Below are positions 10,289 through 24,400 of a DNA stretch of 64,000 nt, one piece after another. How positions within the stretch are numbered: position 1 is the first letter of the stretch; every line of letters starts with the position of its first letter. The stretch lies in the NCBI RefSeq assembly GCF_018350175.1, contig NC_058368.1:39000001-39064000 (forward strand), read 5' to 3'. Below the pieces are notes generated by a model, which worked only from the letters and a program-made list of their open reading frames with translations, was not told the origin of the DNA and did not search any database. The position numbers were made by a program, and so were the translations under genes. This stretch comes from Felis catus (taxonomy: Eukaryota).

Positions 10289-11399
10289 TACATAAATAAA
10301 TAAATATAATAATTAGACAAATCAGATTAATGAAAATTTAAACAGATAATATCAACAGAGTAAAAGCCAACCTACAGAATGGGAGGGAGTATTTGCAAAG
10401 TAATAATGGGAATATTTGCAGAGTAATAATGGGACAGAATATTTGCAAATTGTATATCTGATATTACTATTCCGAAAATACAGAAACCCCTGACACTCAA
10501 CAAGAAAAAACCAAACACCTGCATTAAAAAATGGACAAAGTACTTGACTGTAAATTTCTCTAAAGAAGATATGCAAATACACACTAAGCACATGAAAAGA
10601 TGTTCAATGTCACTAAATACTACAGAAATGACAATGAAGACTATAATGAGATACGTCTTCATACTCATTAGGATCGGTACTATGAAAAACAGAAAATAAG
10701 AGTTGTCAAGGATTTGGAGAAATTGGAAGTCCTGTGCACTATTTATGAGAACCTAAAATGACACAGCTACTGTGGAAAACATTGGGGTGGCTCCTCAAAA
10801 AAGTTAAAAATAAATTTACGGAATGATTAAGTGATCCCACTTGTGGTATATACTCAAAATTTGAAAGCAGGGTGTCAGAGATATCTGCACTTTGATGTTT
10901 ATAGCAGGTGTATCAACTGTAGTTAAAGTGTGGAAGGAAGTCAAGTATCTGTAGATAAATAGGTAAGCAAACTGTAATGTATGCATACAATGGAATATTA
11001 TTTAGGTTTTAGAAGAAGGAAATTCTGACACACTACAACGTGGAGGAACCTTGAGGACATTAGGAAATAAGTCAATCACAAAAAAGACAAATACTGTATG
11101 TGTCTACTTATATGAGGTACATAGTGTAATAAAATCATAGTCAGAAAGTAGAATGATGGTTGCCAGAGGCTGAGGGAGAAGGGCGAATGGGGAGCCATTG
11201 TTTAATCTGTATAGATTTTCAGTTTTTTGAGATGAAAATAGTTTTGGAGATGGATGGTAGTTGATGGTTGTACTATAGTATGAATTTACCTGATATCACT
11301 GAATTATACACTTAGAAATGCTTTGATGATGAGTTTCATGTTTTTGTATTTTATCACAATTTTTTTAATTGAAAGAAAAAGATGATTAGGGAGATTTAA

Positions 11400-11686
11400 A
11401 TAGGGAATGGTTATTAGGTGAAATCTACAAATTAATCATTGTGTTAGAAGAATATAGAACAATATTTTGGTTATGTTAGAAAATATTATGTTTTAATGAT
11501 GAATACTGAAGTATTTAGGAGTGAAATGTCTTGGTATCTTTAATATGCTTCAACACAACAATGAAATAAGATAATTGTCACATAATGTCAGCAACTGTTA
11601 AATCTAAGTGATGTGTACAGGTATTTATTATACTGTGCTCTCTATTTTTTGTTTAAACATCTCCATAATACAAATTTTAAAAAATA
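11400..11686 (+). mobile_element. Ancient L1 3' end fragment (L1MC/ME-like)
   Basis: TGTTAAATCTAAGTGATGTGTACAGGTATTTATTATACT...CATAATACAAATTTTAAAAAA resembles old L1 termini. Confidence 0.6.
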
Positions 11687-12196
11687 TTCCATCATTTGTA
11701 GAGTTTATATACTTCATGAGTTTGTCCTTTATGTGTGTGTGTATTATATGTTCATAGAAACAACATGTTCAGAAATGAAACGTGAGAGAAGTAAATACTA
11801 TTTTTTATCACTCAAAGACAATTCTTGCTAATACTTTAACATATATCTTTAAATTTTTTTCTATGCTTATTTCATTTGGTTATGAACAAAACAATTTTTT
11901 TTGTGGTAAACTCTTTGTAAATATCATTAAAATGTTCCATTAAACTTCCTTGTAATTATTTTCTGGTATATGGATAGAGAAACTCCCTGGAGTGGGATTG
12001 TTGGCTTAAAGAGTATGCATATTTGTAACTGTAATTGATGCTACCAGGTATATTCCTAAGAATGTTATAACACTACATGTATTAGTTCTTGATTTTTAAG
12101 GATGCAAATATTACATATTCTTGGTATTCAGACACATGATTTGCAGTGAAAACTTTTCAGTGTGCATAAGACACTAGTGTTTCTGCCTGTAACAGA

Positions 12197-12530
12197 TGCT
12201 GTTGCATTGCCCAGACGCCATTTACTGGGCCTGGACACTAATTTCCCAGCAGTAATAGCTGTTGCCTGTTAGTAGCTCACATTTGCACCCTACTGTGGAG
12301 GATGGTGTTGGGCTGGTAAGAACTATATTATTCAGAGATGCTTGAAAGATGGACTCTCTGGCAACCTTCATGGGTTACGGGCCACAGTGGTCAGTGACCA
12401 ACCCAAAAGATGATAGCCGTGCCAAACACGATTTTCTGGATATGATGGCTTTACGTAATTCACATAGGAGTATTGTCCCTGGATTTAGGGTGATGCTGGA
12501 TATCTCCTAAAGTCACATTTTTGTTTAATT
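12197..12530 (+). mobile_element. ERVL LTR16-like fragment
   Basis: Recalled similarity (GGATTTAGGGTGATGCTGGATATCTCCTAAAGTCACATTTTTG). Confidence 0.5.
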
Positions 12531-12630
12531 CAGGGTGGGTGAACTTTACCTCTATAGAGAAAAATAGTAAATATTTTAGGCTCTTTAAGCTATGTGATCT
12601 CAAGCTACAGGTATTATAACATTGTAACAG
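12531..12630. mobile_element. MER58A (hAT MITE) fragment, truncated by the adjacent L1
   Basis: CAGGGTGGGTGAACTTT...ATAGTAAATATTTTAGGCT resembles the MER58A end. Confidence 0.65.
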
Positions 12631-13288
12631 TGGCATAGAAACAGACATACAGAGCAGTGGAATAGAATAGAGATCCCAGAAATAAACTCATACCTATATG
12701 GTCAATTGATCTTCAATAAAGTTGTCATGGGAAAAGGATAGTTCAAAAAATGATGCTGGGAAAACTGGATACCCATATGCAAAAAAAAAAAAAAAATGAA
12801 ATTGAATCCTTAAATAGCAAACCTAAAATTGAACCCCCCAGAAGAAAACATTGGAACATAGGCAGAAGATTTATGATACTGTTCTTGACACAGGTTTTTT
12901 GGATAAAATGCCAAATGAAAGACAAAAAAGGCAAAAATAGACAGTGGAACTACATTAAAGTAAAAAGCTTCTGCACTGAAAAGGGAACAGTCAACCTATG
13001 GAAAGACAACCTATGCAATGGGAGAAATTCTTTGCAAACCATATGAATTGCAAACCATACCACAAGTGTCCGAAATATTTATGGAAGTCAATGGCAAAAA
13101 AAGCAAATAACCTGATTAAAACATGAGGAAAGGAGTTGAATAGACATTTTTTTTCCCAAAGAAGACATATGAATAGCTAGCAGGTATATGAACAAAAAGC
13201 TCAGCATAACTAATTGTCAGGAAAATAAAAATTAAAGCCACCAGGAGATATTATCTTACACCTGTTAGGATGGCTTTTACCAAAGCAA

Positions 13289-13332
<44 letters not shown>

Positions 13333-13870
13333 GTGTTAGGATCTGAAGAAATTGGAACCCTTACATACTCTTGATGAGAATGTCACATGGTGCAGCTGCC
13401 ATGGAAATCTGTGTGGAAGTTCCTGAAAAAATAAAAAAATAGAACTACCATGTGATCTAGTAATCCCATTGCAAAGTACATATCCAAAGGAATTAAAACC
13501 AGAATCTGGAAGATACATCTGCATTTCTGTGTTCACTGCAGCATTTTTCACAACAGCCCAGATATGGAAACAATCTGAATGTCTGTAGCAAACTAATAGA
13601 TACAGAAAATTTGACACGCACATGCACACTCATGTACACACAATGGAATTATATTTACCTTTGAAAAGTAAGGAAATCCTACCATTTTCAATAACATAGA
13701 TGAACCTGTAGGATGTTATTCTACATAAAATAATTTGGCTATAGAAGGACAAGTACTGTATGACTCCACTCAGATGAGGGATCTAAAATAGTCAAACCCA
13801 GAAACAGAAGGTAGACTGATGCCAGGGAGGAGACAAAGATAAAGGAGTTTTTCAGTAGTGATAGTTTTAA
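12631..13870 (+). mobile_element. Old LINE-1 ORF2 C-terminal region plus 3'UTR, with (TAA)n at ~13289-13333
   Basis: TGGCATAGAAACAGACATACAGAGCAGTGGAATAGAATAGAG and GAACTACCATGTGATCTAGTAATCCCATT are L1 ORF2 hallmarks. Confidence 0.88.
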
Positions 13871-15219
13871 CAGAGGTGGAATTTTTTTTTCTACATTTCA
13901 TTTATAAATCTCTTATTTTCCAATGTGAGCAGCCACATGCTCAAATAAGCAAACATTATTTATTTGGTTGCCTTGGATTTATATTTTAAAATATTTGTAT
14001 GTGTTTTTTCCTGTTATATTGAGGCATGTAATGAGATGACAGTTGCTATTCACAAAAAGATAGACTGAAGTCTGGAAGACATCACTACCTCTTCCATGAG
14101 TTGTTAATGTAGCATGAGAATGTACATACAGTTCAGTGAAATGCCATTCCATATATCTTGTATATCCTGTATACACATATCATAGTTTTGTGAGATTAGT
14201 TTAGCTCAGCAAACCAGCACTTTTCCTTTAAAAAAAATGTTGAACATAGCTGCTAAGATAAATTAATATTCTTTACTAGTTATAAGATTTTGGCAGCAAG
14301 TAGTAGGTTATTGGACCAACAGTGGCTCCCTTACTCAAGATATTCCATTATTTCACATTACAAAATATCTGGAGGAAGGGAGCTTGTCTCATGTTTATAA
14401 CAAGGCTGCTGCAGCTCAAGTTATCATGTCACACATTCCATCTTGAAGGTCTAGGCAAAAATGGATTTTTCTTTTCATATAAAACTAGTCTTATGTTTTT
14501 TCATCTTTTTATCTTAAATGAAATCTGTTCCAGAATTTTTCTATAGAATTATTCTTAGGACTCATCTAACTTGGTCACACATATCCTATCACTTGTGATT
14601 AAAATACATCAAAAGATAGTGGACTAAAAAGATGGGTTCAGAGTGAATATGCCTCTTCCTCATTTAGAAGAAAAGGTTAACATGTTATTTTAAATATTAA
14701 ATTGAAAACGAAAGGTCTAGAGTAAAATTGAGACAGGCATTTTTATAGTTAATAAATTTTGAATCCAGAGATTTAATCATTCTTCCCACCTACATCCCCC
14801 AAAGACTTTAATCCTAGTGTCAGGTAAATATAAATAGTTAATTATACATCTAAAACTTTCAGAAATATTTCTATTTAACATCACAATTTATTAGGATAAA
14901 TGATTTTGATGTCATTTTATTGCTACATGGCAATATATTGAATTGTTAAATACAGAGGTAAGCAGATTGATGAAAGTCTTCCAACTTAAACATTAATGAA
15001 AATTAGAGAATAAGGCATGGACTCTAATTCCTTAATATAATCCTATATAATTCATGAATAAATAAAGCTCAACAATGGCTTTTTGAGGCAGACATAAGTT
15101 CATTAAAATATTCTTTTATAAAACAATATCTGTGCCAAGGCACATATCAGGGATTAGCTTTAGTTAAGGCAATTTCCCAAAGAGTTGTTTGCTTTCCTTC
15201 ACAGTATTTTATATTTTAA

Positions 15220-15320
15220 TAGAGGCACATTGCAGACAGAGACTGAGAGAAATTTCAGTAACTTAAAGTCACAAACTAATGGGTAGTAGAGATGATGTTA
15301 AAATCTAGGCATGACTCATT
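15220..15320 (-). mobile_element. MIR fragment
   Basis: Weak core similarity (GACTGAGAGAAATTTCAGTAACTTAAAGTCACAAACTAATGGGTAG). Confidence 0.5.
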
Positions 15321-15494
15321 CACTCTTTTCTGAGTTTAAATTAGAATCCTCTCTTTTACCAGTATATTAACAATAAAAGTTGTTTTGTTATTAACTCTAA
15401 AGGAAAAAAGCCAGAGATATCTATTTTATCTTTTAAATCACCATTTACCCCCCTAACGTCTCAAAATCTTCAGAGAGTGCTTGATGTTTTAAAA

Positions 15495-15680
15495 CAGTGG
15501 TTTTTAAATAATGTTTTTAGGGCTAGCAGCCTCAGTATTACCTATAAGAGTATTAGAAATGTAGATTCATGGCACCCAACCTGCCATACTGCAACCTGAG
15601 TTATCTGGAGGTGAGTCAAGAAATTCTCGTAACAAGTTCTCCATATGATTCTTAGGCATTGTAGAATCTGAGAACCACCA
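15495..15680. mobile_element. MER5A hAT MITE
   Basis: TIR-like ends CAGTGGTTTTTAAA...TGAGAACCAC; internal TTAGAAATGTAGATTC; ~185 bp. Confidence 0.75.
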
Positions 15681-17454
15681 TTTTAGTGTGTATGTTTTTA
15701 AGTAAATTTTATACTGACTCAACAATATTTTTAAGCTAATTTTAATTTTGGTACCTTAATGAAGATTTACAAGTATTAGTTTGGATTTATTCTTCAGCAT
15801 ACAGTGAAATTCATCTTCTATCATGAGACAATTAAAAACTTTATTATTTCTGTTGGTAGTTTAGAGAATGGAATAAAATAATGCCAAGAAATTAGATTAA
15901 CTCAAGAACTGCTCGATTGGCAGTAATTTTCATATATCTTGAAAAATTAGAACAAAATTTACTCTTATGCAATTATTATACAGATATGTGTGTTTGTATA
16001 TAAGACATATATCCACTATTTGATGTATATATACACTCCCTTATTATATATAAAACAGTAATGATTGGCTTATGTAGAATTTTGTGTTTACAAATTGTTT
16101 TGGTTTGATTGCAATGTATTTAGGATTAACATTTTACCTTTGATGGCCTTTGTGGTCTGATTAGATAAAATTTCTTTGTTTTGCTATTCCTTACACATTT
16201 AAAAATGCTACAAGATATGCAAAATTAGTGTTCTTTTACATGATTGCTAGCAAAGTTATTTGTGTTATAATGACTATGACTATTAAAGCATAAGGAACTT
16301 AGAGAAAAATCTACTCTATTTTCATAATTTATAGATAAGGTAATTTCAACTTCATTGAGTTTGAATTATTTTCCCAGATACCTTGAAGAATTTAATCACA
16401 TTGACTACACTATAAGTTCTCTTGTAAAAGAAATCATTTTACACTCAGCTTCACTGGGGGACTAGGGTCTTTAAGGAAAAGCAGTGTTTATGTGTGCATT
16501 TATAGCTTGGGGCTCAGGTTGGTTGTCTGAATGCAGGAAGTTTGCAATGTGTTAAGTCTGGACTGATTTTGATCCATGAATTGACTTGTGGAGAAATGCT
16601 GAGTTGAAATGAGTAAAAATAGATTATTATTATAGGCCACCTTTTTTCCCCTCCCATGAATAAATGCTGCAAAAAGCCTGATTGAGGGAGATATATGGGG
16701 GTATGGGAGGATAAGGAGAGAAGGAAAGAGAAGCAAAAATACACGAAGAAGCTCGTTAATGGAAAAATAGAGCACAGATTCAAGAATTTAACCACAAGTG
16801 CATTAACTATAGAAATTGACTTAGATCTTGAATGACCTCCCAGCTTAAATACTAATTAGAATTTTATTTAGGAAAATTCCTGCTATTCATAATACAGTTC
16901 TATAAGCACACTCACACCATACCACCATTACTTTATCAAGTCTCAGTGGTTCTGCGTCTTTTAATGAAAGGATTCTAAAATGCATATCCTACAGATTAAG
17001 GTAGGAATAAGTCACAAATCTACTAGTTATTCTATAATTGGATATACTTAATTTCGTATCCATTACAAGGACTGTTAATACGACAAGATGTGTAAATATT
17101 TAGACAGTCATTTTTCTAGGGAGAAGAGCCATATATTTTATTACAATGACAAATATTAATGACTAATATAAAACACGTTATCTGAAGGCTATTTATCCAA
17201 TTTTGTATCAGCATGTCTCAGATTCTGTTTCATGGATGTCCAAACTCAGAATTCTTTGTACTGCTTGCTTAGAATATAGGTTTATGGCTTAATCTCCTAT
17301 TTAATGGGTCATGGTCTGGACAGATGAGGCTGAAATCTGTAACTTCATAAACTCTTTGTATATTTTTAGGCACAAAATATCTTGAATACCACATGAAAAT
17401 AAAGTGAATTTTTCTATATGTATATCATTAGCATCAACCTTGTGACGACAGAAC

Positions 17455-17646
17455 ATTTTTGTTTTGTCAGTTATGCTAAGAACACTTATGAGATCTATCC
17501 TCTTAAATTTTTTTTAATCCTCTTAAATTTTTAAATGTACAATAATGTATTTTTAACTCTTTGGCACAATGTTGTACAACAGCTCTCTAGAACTCACTCA
17601 TCTCACATAACTAACACTTTATACCCGTTGAACAGAAGCACCTCAT
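17455..17646 (-). mobile_element. Short L1 3' terminal fragment (same type as the 2265 element end)
   Basis: Similar to 2295-2440; contains a tandem duplication of ATCCTCTTAAATTTTT. Confidence 0.75.
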
Positions 17647-18976
17647 GAGTTTGAGGTAAGTGTGATACTCATTCAGTGCTAACGTGGTTTTGTGAACCAG
17701 TCTGTGTCAGACAGAAGTCACTAACAATTTCGTTTATATTTGACAGGGTAGAAACCTAGTCAAACCCATGTTAACACCCATAAAATTGGTATTGATTGGT
17801 GCCGATTGTGTGAATAAATGATCCTTAAAGAACTCAATCATATAAGAAGTAGAGCTCCACAGTGCTTATCTGTCTTTCATTTACAATATCCAGAATGCCA
17901 CTAGGGACATACCAGGACACATTTTGCTTGGATACTTAGTGTAATAATTTTCCTTAGAAACTCACTCTGGTTTAGAAAATGTAGCTGACCCAATGCTTGA
18001 TTGTATATAGGTATGAAAGAGGTTTCTATGATATTAATTGATATCAAGCAGCTTGGAATAAGGGATATGAGCTGGTGACAAAAATATAATAGAACATATA
18101 GACTATTGTAAAAGTGAACTGGAGACTGTTTTATGTACATGTAGCAAAAAGTGGCTTCATTCATCACTGTATGTATGAAACTATCTGTAAAATATTTGCT
18201 AGCTGATTATTTGTTTTCTTAAGCTTGTGTTCCTTGAAAAACTAATGATAATTAAGAAAATCCATAAGAAATAACATTTTTACTTGTAATACTTTGTATT
18301 ATCTTTGCCCTTATAATTTATGCAACATTAACTTCAGTCACATTTTAGAATGTTTTATTTGCAGATAAGCTTGAATAGACTAATTCATAAAAAAAATAAA
18401 ACTCTTTATTCCTTATAATTGTAAGCTCATGTGTAACTTATTCTTTGAGAGGCACTATAAATTCCCACTTGTGATAGCAACATTGTATTTTAAATATGTG
18501 AAGTGGCTGATACTTTTATTTTGTGAATTTTAAGGCAACTATTCTCTCCATCACCTAAAATGTATCTCACTGTACTCTAAATGCGTGAAGTTTTCAATTG
18601 CATACCTTCTTTAATAATAATAAAAAAACCCTGATAGCTCCCCTAAAAAGTAAATATGTAAAATATGGAATAAACATGTATCTAAATATTTGAAGGATTG
18701 TAGGAAAGCATCTCTTGAGTTCATATTGTGTTAATGGAAAGAAAAACAATGATATCCTGGAAATGGACACTGTATGGAATAAAGGAGTGATTCCGGTTTC
18801 AAATACTGAACTCTTGAGTGTACTTCAAATACTCAGCATTAATTACCCTATACATTAAATAAGTAAGAATAGGACCTCTTGGAATTGTTCTAATTATACA
18901 ATTCAGAATAAATAATATGAATTACTGATTCCTAATAGCTGTTCAATTTTGCCACTTTCAGGAGTATCATTTATAT

Positions 18977-19192
18977 CAAGGTTTAGCAACCTTCTTCTGA
19001 AAGGATTAGGTAACAAATACCTTTGATTTTGTGTGCCATATGCTGTCTTCACAACTCTGACCATTCATACAGAAAAGCAGGCATGGGCAAAAATGTAATT
19101 GAATGAGTCTGACTGTGTTTTAGTAAACCTTTATTTACAAAAACCAGTATTAGGCCAGATTTGACTTGTGGCCTTCAGTTGGTTGACATCCA
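18977..19192. mobile_element. MER58A hAT MITE, near full length
   Basis: GAATGAGTCTGACTGTGTTTTAGTAAACCTTTATTTACAAAAACCAG...GGCCAGATTTGAC matches recalled MER58A. Confidence 0.85.
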
Positions 19193-19317
19193 AACTACAG
19201 ATTAAAGTGATAACCTTTTGGTAAATTGGTATTAATGGAAAATGAATACTAGGGAGTTGGTATTAACTTTTAACAAAATCTCTAGTAGCTCTTGCATGCC
19301 AAGAGTTTGGATCTCTT

Positions 19318-19553
19318 GGGGCGCCTGGGTGGCGCAGTCGGTTAAGCGTCCGACTTCAGCCAGGTCACGATTTCGCGGTCCGGGAGTTCGAGCCCCGCGT
19401 CGGGCTCTGGGCTGATGGCTCAGAGCCTGGAGCCTGTTTCCGATTCTGTGTCTCCCTCTCTCTCTGCCCCTCCCCCGTTCATGCTCTGTCTCTCTCTGTC
19501 CCAAAAATAAATAAACGTTGAAAAAAAAATTTTAAATAAAAAAAAATAAAAAA
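19318..19553 (+). mobile_element. Young felid SINEC_Fc
   Basis: CpG-rich head GGGGCGCCTGGGTGGCGCAGTCGG; perfect TSD AAGAGTTTGGATCTCT. Confidence 0.97.
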
Positions 19554-20371
19554 GAGTTTGGATCTCTCTCATGAAATAATTTCTATCATAAATAATTTTT
19601 TCACTGCTAGCATAGTCTTAAAACTTGTATATTTAATGAAGCAGGAATAAGCATTAAAACACTGAAGAAATATACATATTTCTATATATATTTATGTTTT
19701 ATATGTGCATCATTATAATTAAATAATATGTTGTATTATACTAAGTAATGTGAGATAATTACATACTGTATTATTTTATACATATGTATAAATACATATT
19801 GTATTTATATAATCATAAGTTATACGTTTTATATATAATTATATGTGTGTGTGTGTGTGTGTAAAGGAAATGTTGAATGTGATGATCAGAATCTTAAACT
19901 CAGTAAATTGGAATGGTAATACATATTTATTATTAAACAATATATTGACAATATAAAAACAAATACATGGTTAATATAACTAATTGTGTAGGTAGAGGAA
20001 AAAGGGAGGTATCACTTAAAAGAGCATTTATGAAAAAATACATATAGTCTGATATAATTGCTAAAATAATGAATTTTTGATTAGGACTAAATAAAGAATA
20101 TCAGAAGACCTGCTCTCTAATTTGGGTTCTGCTGCTTGAGCCAACATTTCATTCATCTGAGACAGTTTCCTTATCTATAAAACTAACTTGAGATACCTGC
20201 TTCATTATGCATTAACGGGTATCTCACTTTTTCTTTTTATGTAGCAAACATTTATCTTGATCAAAACTCATGGCTATTTCTACCTATCTGATTAGGACAA
20301 ATATAAAATTTACATATTGGTTTCTTGATTATAGCTCTTCATGTACATCTCAGACCTGTACACTTGTTCAT

Positions 20372-21480
20372 ATATAACATCAATGTGTTATAATTTTCAT
20401 TGTATAGGTGTTTCACCTCATTGGTTAAGTTTATACCTAAGTTTTTATTCTTTTTGATACTATGGTAAATGGGAGTTTGCTTTATTTCTTTTAGATAGAA
20501 ACATAACTGATTTTTGTATGTTGGTTTTGTATCCTGCAACTTTACTGAATTCATTTATTCCAGCAGTCTTTTGGTGTAGTCTTTAGGTTTTATTCTATAT
20601 AAGATCATATCATCTGAAAATAGAGACAATTTTACTTGCTCATTTTAAAATTAGATGTCCTCTATTTCTTGTTTGCCTAATTGCTCTGGCTCAGGTATTC
20701 AATCCTGTGTTGAATATATTGGTGGAAGTTTGCATCTTTGTCATATTCCAGATCTTAAAGAAGAAGCTTTTGACTTTCACCATTGTGTATGATGTTAGCT
20801 GTGGACTTGTCATATATGACCTTTATTACATTGAGCTACATTCCTTCTGTGCCCAATATATTGAGAGTTTTTAATCATAAAACTGTATTGGATTTTATCA
20901 AATGCTTTTTGTGCATCTGCTGAAATGATCTTATGATTTTTGTCTTTTATTAATGTACTGTATCACATTGATTGAATTGCATAGATTCAACTATCCTTGT
21001 ATCCCTGGGAAACATCCCATTTAATGATGAGGTGCAATTTTTTTAATGTGCCATTGAATTTTGTTTGAGAATTTTGCATTTATATTTTATTGATAATTTT
21101 GTTGACAATATATTCATCAGGAATATTGGCCTGTAGTTTATTCTTTTTGTAGTGTCCTTAACTGGGTTTGATGTCGAGGTAATGCTGGCCTCATAAAATG
21201 AGCTTGAGAGTGTTCCTTTTCCTTCAGTTTTTTAGAAGAGTTTTAGGATTGGTATTCTTATTTAAATGTTTGGTAAAATTCATTAGTGAAACCATCTGGT
21301 CCTGGGTTCTTTGGTGTTGTTGGAAGATTTGTTTTAATTACTGCTTTAACATCCTTACTTATAATTGGTTTGTTCATACTTAGTTTTTTCATGATTCAGT
21401 CCTCATAAATTGTATGTTTCTAAGAATGTATCCATTTCTTGTAGATTTGTAGATTGTCTAATTGTTGGTATATAATCGTT
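20372..21480 (-). mobile_element. LINE-1 ORF2 fragment (element A, central ORF2)
   Basis: Minus-strand peptide KNLGINLTNEVKHLYNENYNTLM. Confidence 0.85.
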
Positions 21481-24400
21481 AGTATTTGATGGTTTCTTTC
21501 CACGGTGCAGGAGTTTTCTTTTCTTTTTTTTTTTAATATAGTCCCATTTACTTATTTCAGTTTGTTCCCTTGTCTTTTGAATCAAATCCAAAAATATATC
21601 ACTGAGACCAATGCAAAGGAGCTCATCACCTATGTATTCTTAGAGGAGTTTTATGCTTTCAGGTCTTACATTGAAGTCTTTAATCCATTTTTAACTAATT
21701 TTTGTGTATGGTGTAAGATAATGGTCCAGGTTCATTCTTTTGCATTTATTGCATTCAATGCATTCAACACCATTTATTGAAGAGATTGTCTTTTCTCCAT
21801 TGTATGTTCTTGCCTCCTTTGTCATAGATTAACCGACTGTATATATGTATGGGTTTATTTCAGGGCTCTCTATTCTGTTCTTTTGATCTCTATATCTGTT
21901 TATCTTGCCAGTATCCTACTGTTTTGATTACTATAGCTTTGTAATATAGTTTGAAATCAGGGAGCATGATACCTCTGGCTTTGTTCTTGATGTTGTTTTG
22001 GCTATTCAGGGTCTTTTGCAGTTCCATGCACATTTTAGAACAATTGATTCTAGTTCTGTGAAAAATGCCATTGGATTTTTGATAGTGATTGTATTAAATA
22101 TTTAGATTACTTTGGGTAATATGTACATTTTGACAATATTACTTCTTCCATTCCATGAAATGAAATATTTTCCATTATTTGTGTCTTTTCAATTTCTTTC
22201 ATCAGTGTCTTAGAGTTTTCAGAGTACATGCTTTTCACCTCCTTGATTAAATTCATTCTTAGGCATTTTATATATTTTTTGATACAAATGTAAATGGGAT
22301 TTTTTTAAATTTCTCATATAGTTTGTTATTAGTGTTTAAAAATGCAACAGATTTTTGTATATTTTGTATCTTGTAACTTTACAGTATTCATTTATTCTAA
22401 CAGTTTTTTTTTCTTTTTCTGCTGAGTCTTTAGGGTTTTCTGTATGTAGTAGCAGGTTATTGGCTAATAGTGACAGTTTTACTTTTTTTCCAATTTGGAT
22501 GCCTTTTATTTATTTTTCTTGCCCAATTGCTCTGGTTAGGATTTTTCAATACTACATTGAATAAACGTGGGTATGGGCATACTTGTCTTATTCCTGATAT
22601 TAAAGGTGAAGCTTTCAGCTTTTTACAGTTGAGTATGATAGCTGTGCATTTGTCATATATGGCCTTTATTAGGTTGAATTATGTTCCCTGTATACCTACT
22701 TTATTGAGGGTTTTTGTTATAAATGGTTGTTACGTTTTGTTGAGTACTTTTTTCAGTAGCATTCTGTTTATTCTCTCTCTTTTGGTAGTTTTTCCAGTTT
22801 TCTTATTGAAATTTATTTCTACCATTGTTATTGGAAAAGATACTTGATATAGTTTCCATATTCTTGAGTTTATTGAGACTTGTTTTGTGATGTAACATGT
22901 GATCCATTTTGGGGAATGTTTTATGTGCTCTGAGAAGAATGTGTATTCTGCTTTGGGATGGCATGTTCTGTATGTATCTATTGAGCCCATCTGGTCTAAT
23001 GTGTCATTTAAGACTTATTTTCCATATTGCTATTCTGTCTGGATGATCCATTCATTAATGTAATTGGGGTGTTAGAGTCTCATACTAGTACCGCTGTCAA
23101 TTTTTCCTAACTTTAGAGCTATTGATATTCTATTAATATGTTTTGGTCCTCCAACATTAGGTGCATATGTATTTATACATGTTATACCTTCTTGCTAGAT
23201 TTGACTCATTATCATTATGTAGTGCCCCCCTTTGTCTTTTATTATAGTCTTTGTCTTAAAATCTGTTTTGACTGATATGAGTATAGCTACACCACCTTTC
23301 TTTTTGTTTCCATGTTCATGAAATATCTTCTTTCATCCCTTCACTTTCAGTTTGTGTGCATCTTTACTTCTGAAGTGAATGTCTCGTAGGCAGCATGTAG
23401 ATGGTTTTTTTTTTTTTTTAATTCAGCCATTCTGTGTCTTTTGATTGGAGAATTTAGTCTATTTACAGTTACAGTAATTATTGATAAGTATGTATTGTCA
23501 TTTTTAAAAACTGTTTTCTGGTTGTGTTTGTAGTTCCTCTCTATTTCTTCTTCTCCTCTTTTCTTGATTACTTTCTTCAGTGTTATGTTTAGATTGCTTT
23601 TTCATTTTCTTTTCTGTATTTACTATGTTTTTGCTTTGTGGTTATCATGAGATTGACAGATATCTTCCTATGTATGTAATAGTCTATTTCACATAAGTCA
23701 ATAATAACTTCAATTAGAACATATTCCAAAACTACATTTTTACTCCTTCCTTCACATTTTATGCTTTTGATGACACTTTTTACATCTTTTATTTTAATGT
23801 TTTCCATAATAAATATTGTGGTTTTGATTTTGATATTTTTGTCTTTTTAGTAGCTTTCTAGTAGCTCTATAAGTGATTAATTTACCACCTATACTATACA
23901 TTTACCTTTTCCATGGGATTTTTACTTTCATACTTTTTTGGTTATTAATTATTGTCATTTCTTTTCAGCTTAAATAGGTCTCTTTAATATTTTTTGTAAG
24001 TCCAGCTTAGTAATGATGAAGTCTAGGTTTTGCTTGTCTGTAAAACTTTTAATCTCTCCCTCAAATCTGAACAATAACCTTGCTAGATATAGTATTTTTT
24101 ATTGGATTTTTTTTCTTTTAGCACTTTGAGTATAGTATGTCACCCCTTTAGGCTTGCAGCATTTGTGTTGAGAACTCTACTGATAGCCTTATGGGATTTC
24201 CTGTGTACATAAAAATGTGTTTTTCTCTTACTGCTTTTAAGATTCTTCTTTAACTTCTGACATTTTAATTGTAATGTGTCTTATTGTGCCTTTCATTGGG
24301 TTTATCTTATTTGGGATCCCTAGATCTGGATTTCTGTTCCCTTCCCCAGGTTAGGGAAGTTTTTAGTCATTATTTCTTCAAACAAGGTTTCTTTCCATTT

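Larger units (their letters stand above)
8885..11380 (+). mobile_element. Old LINE-1 (L1MB-like): partial ORF2 with internal deletion plus 3'UTR, carrying two nested SINEs and a (CA)n
   Basis: L1 ORF2 motifs (CCAAAACTTATGGGACACAG, GACAAGGGTACCAAGACAACTCAATGG) and an L1MB-type 3' end (TGGAGATGGATGGTAGTTGATGGTTG). Confidence 0.88.
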
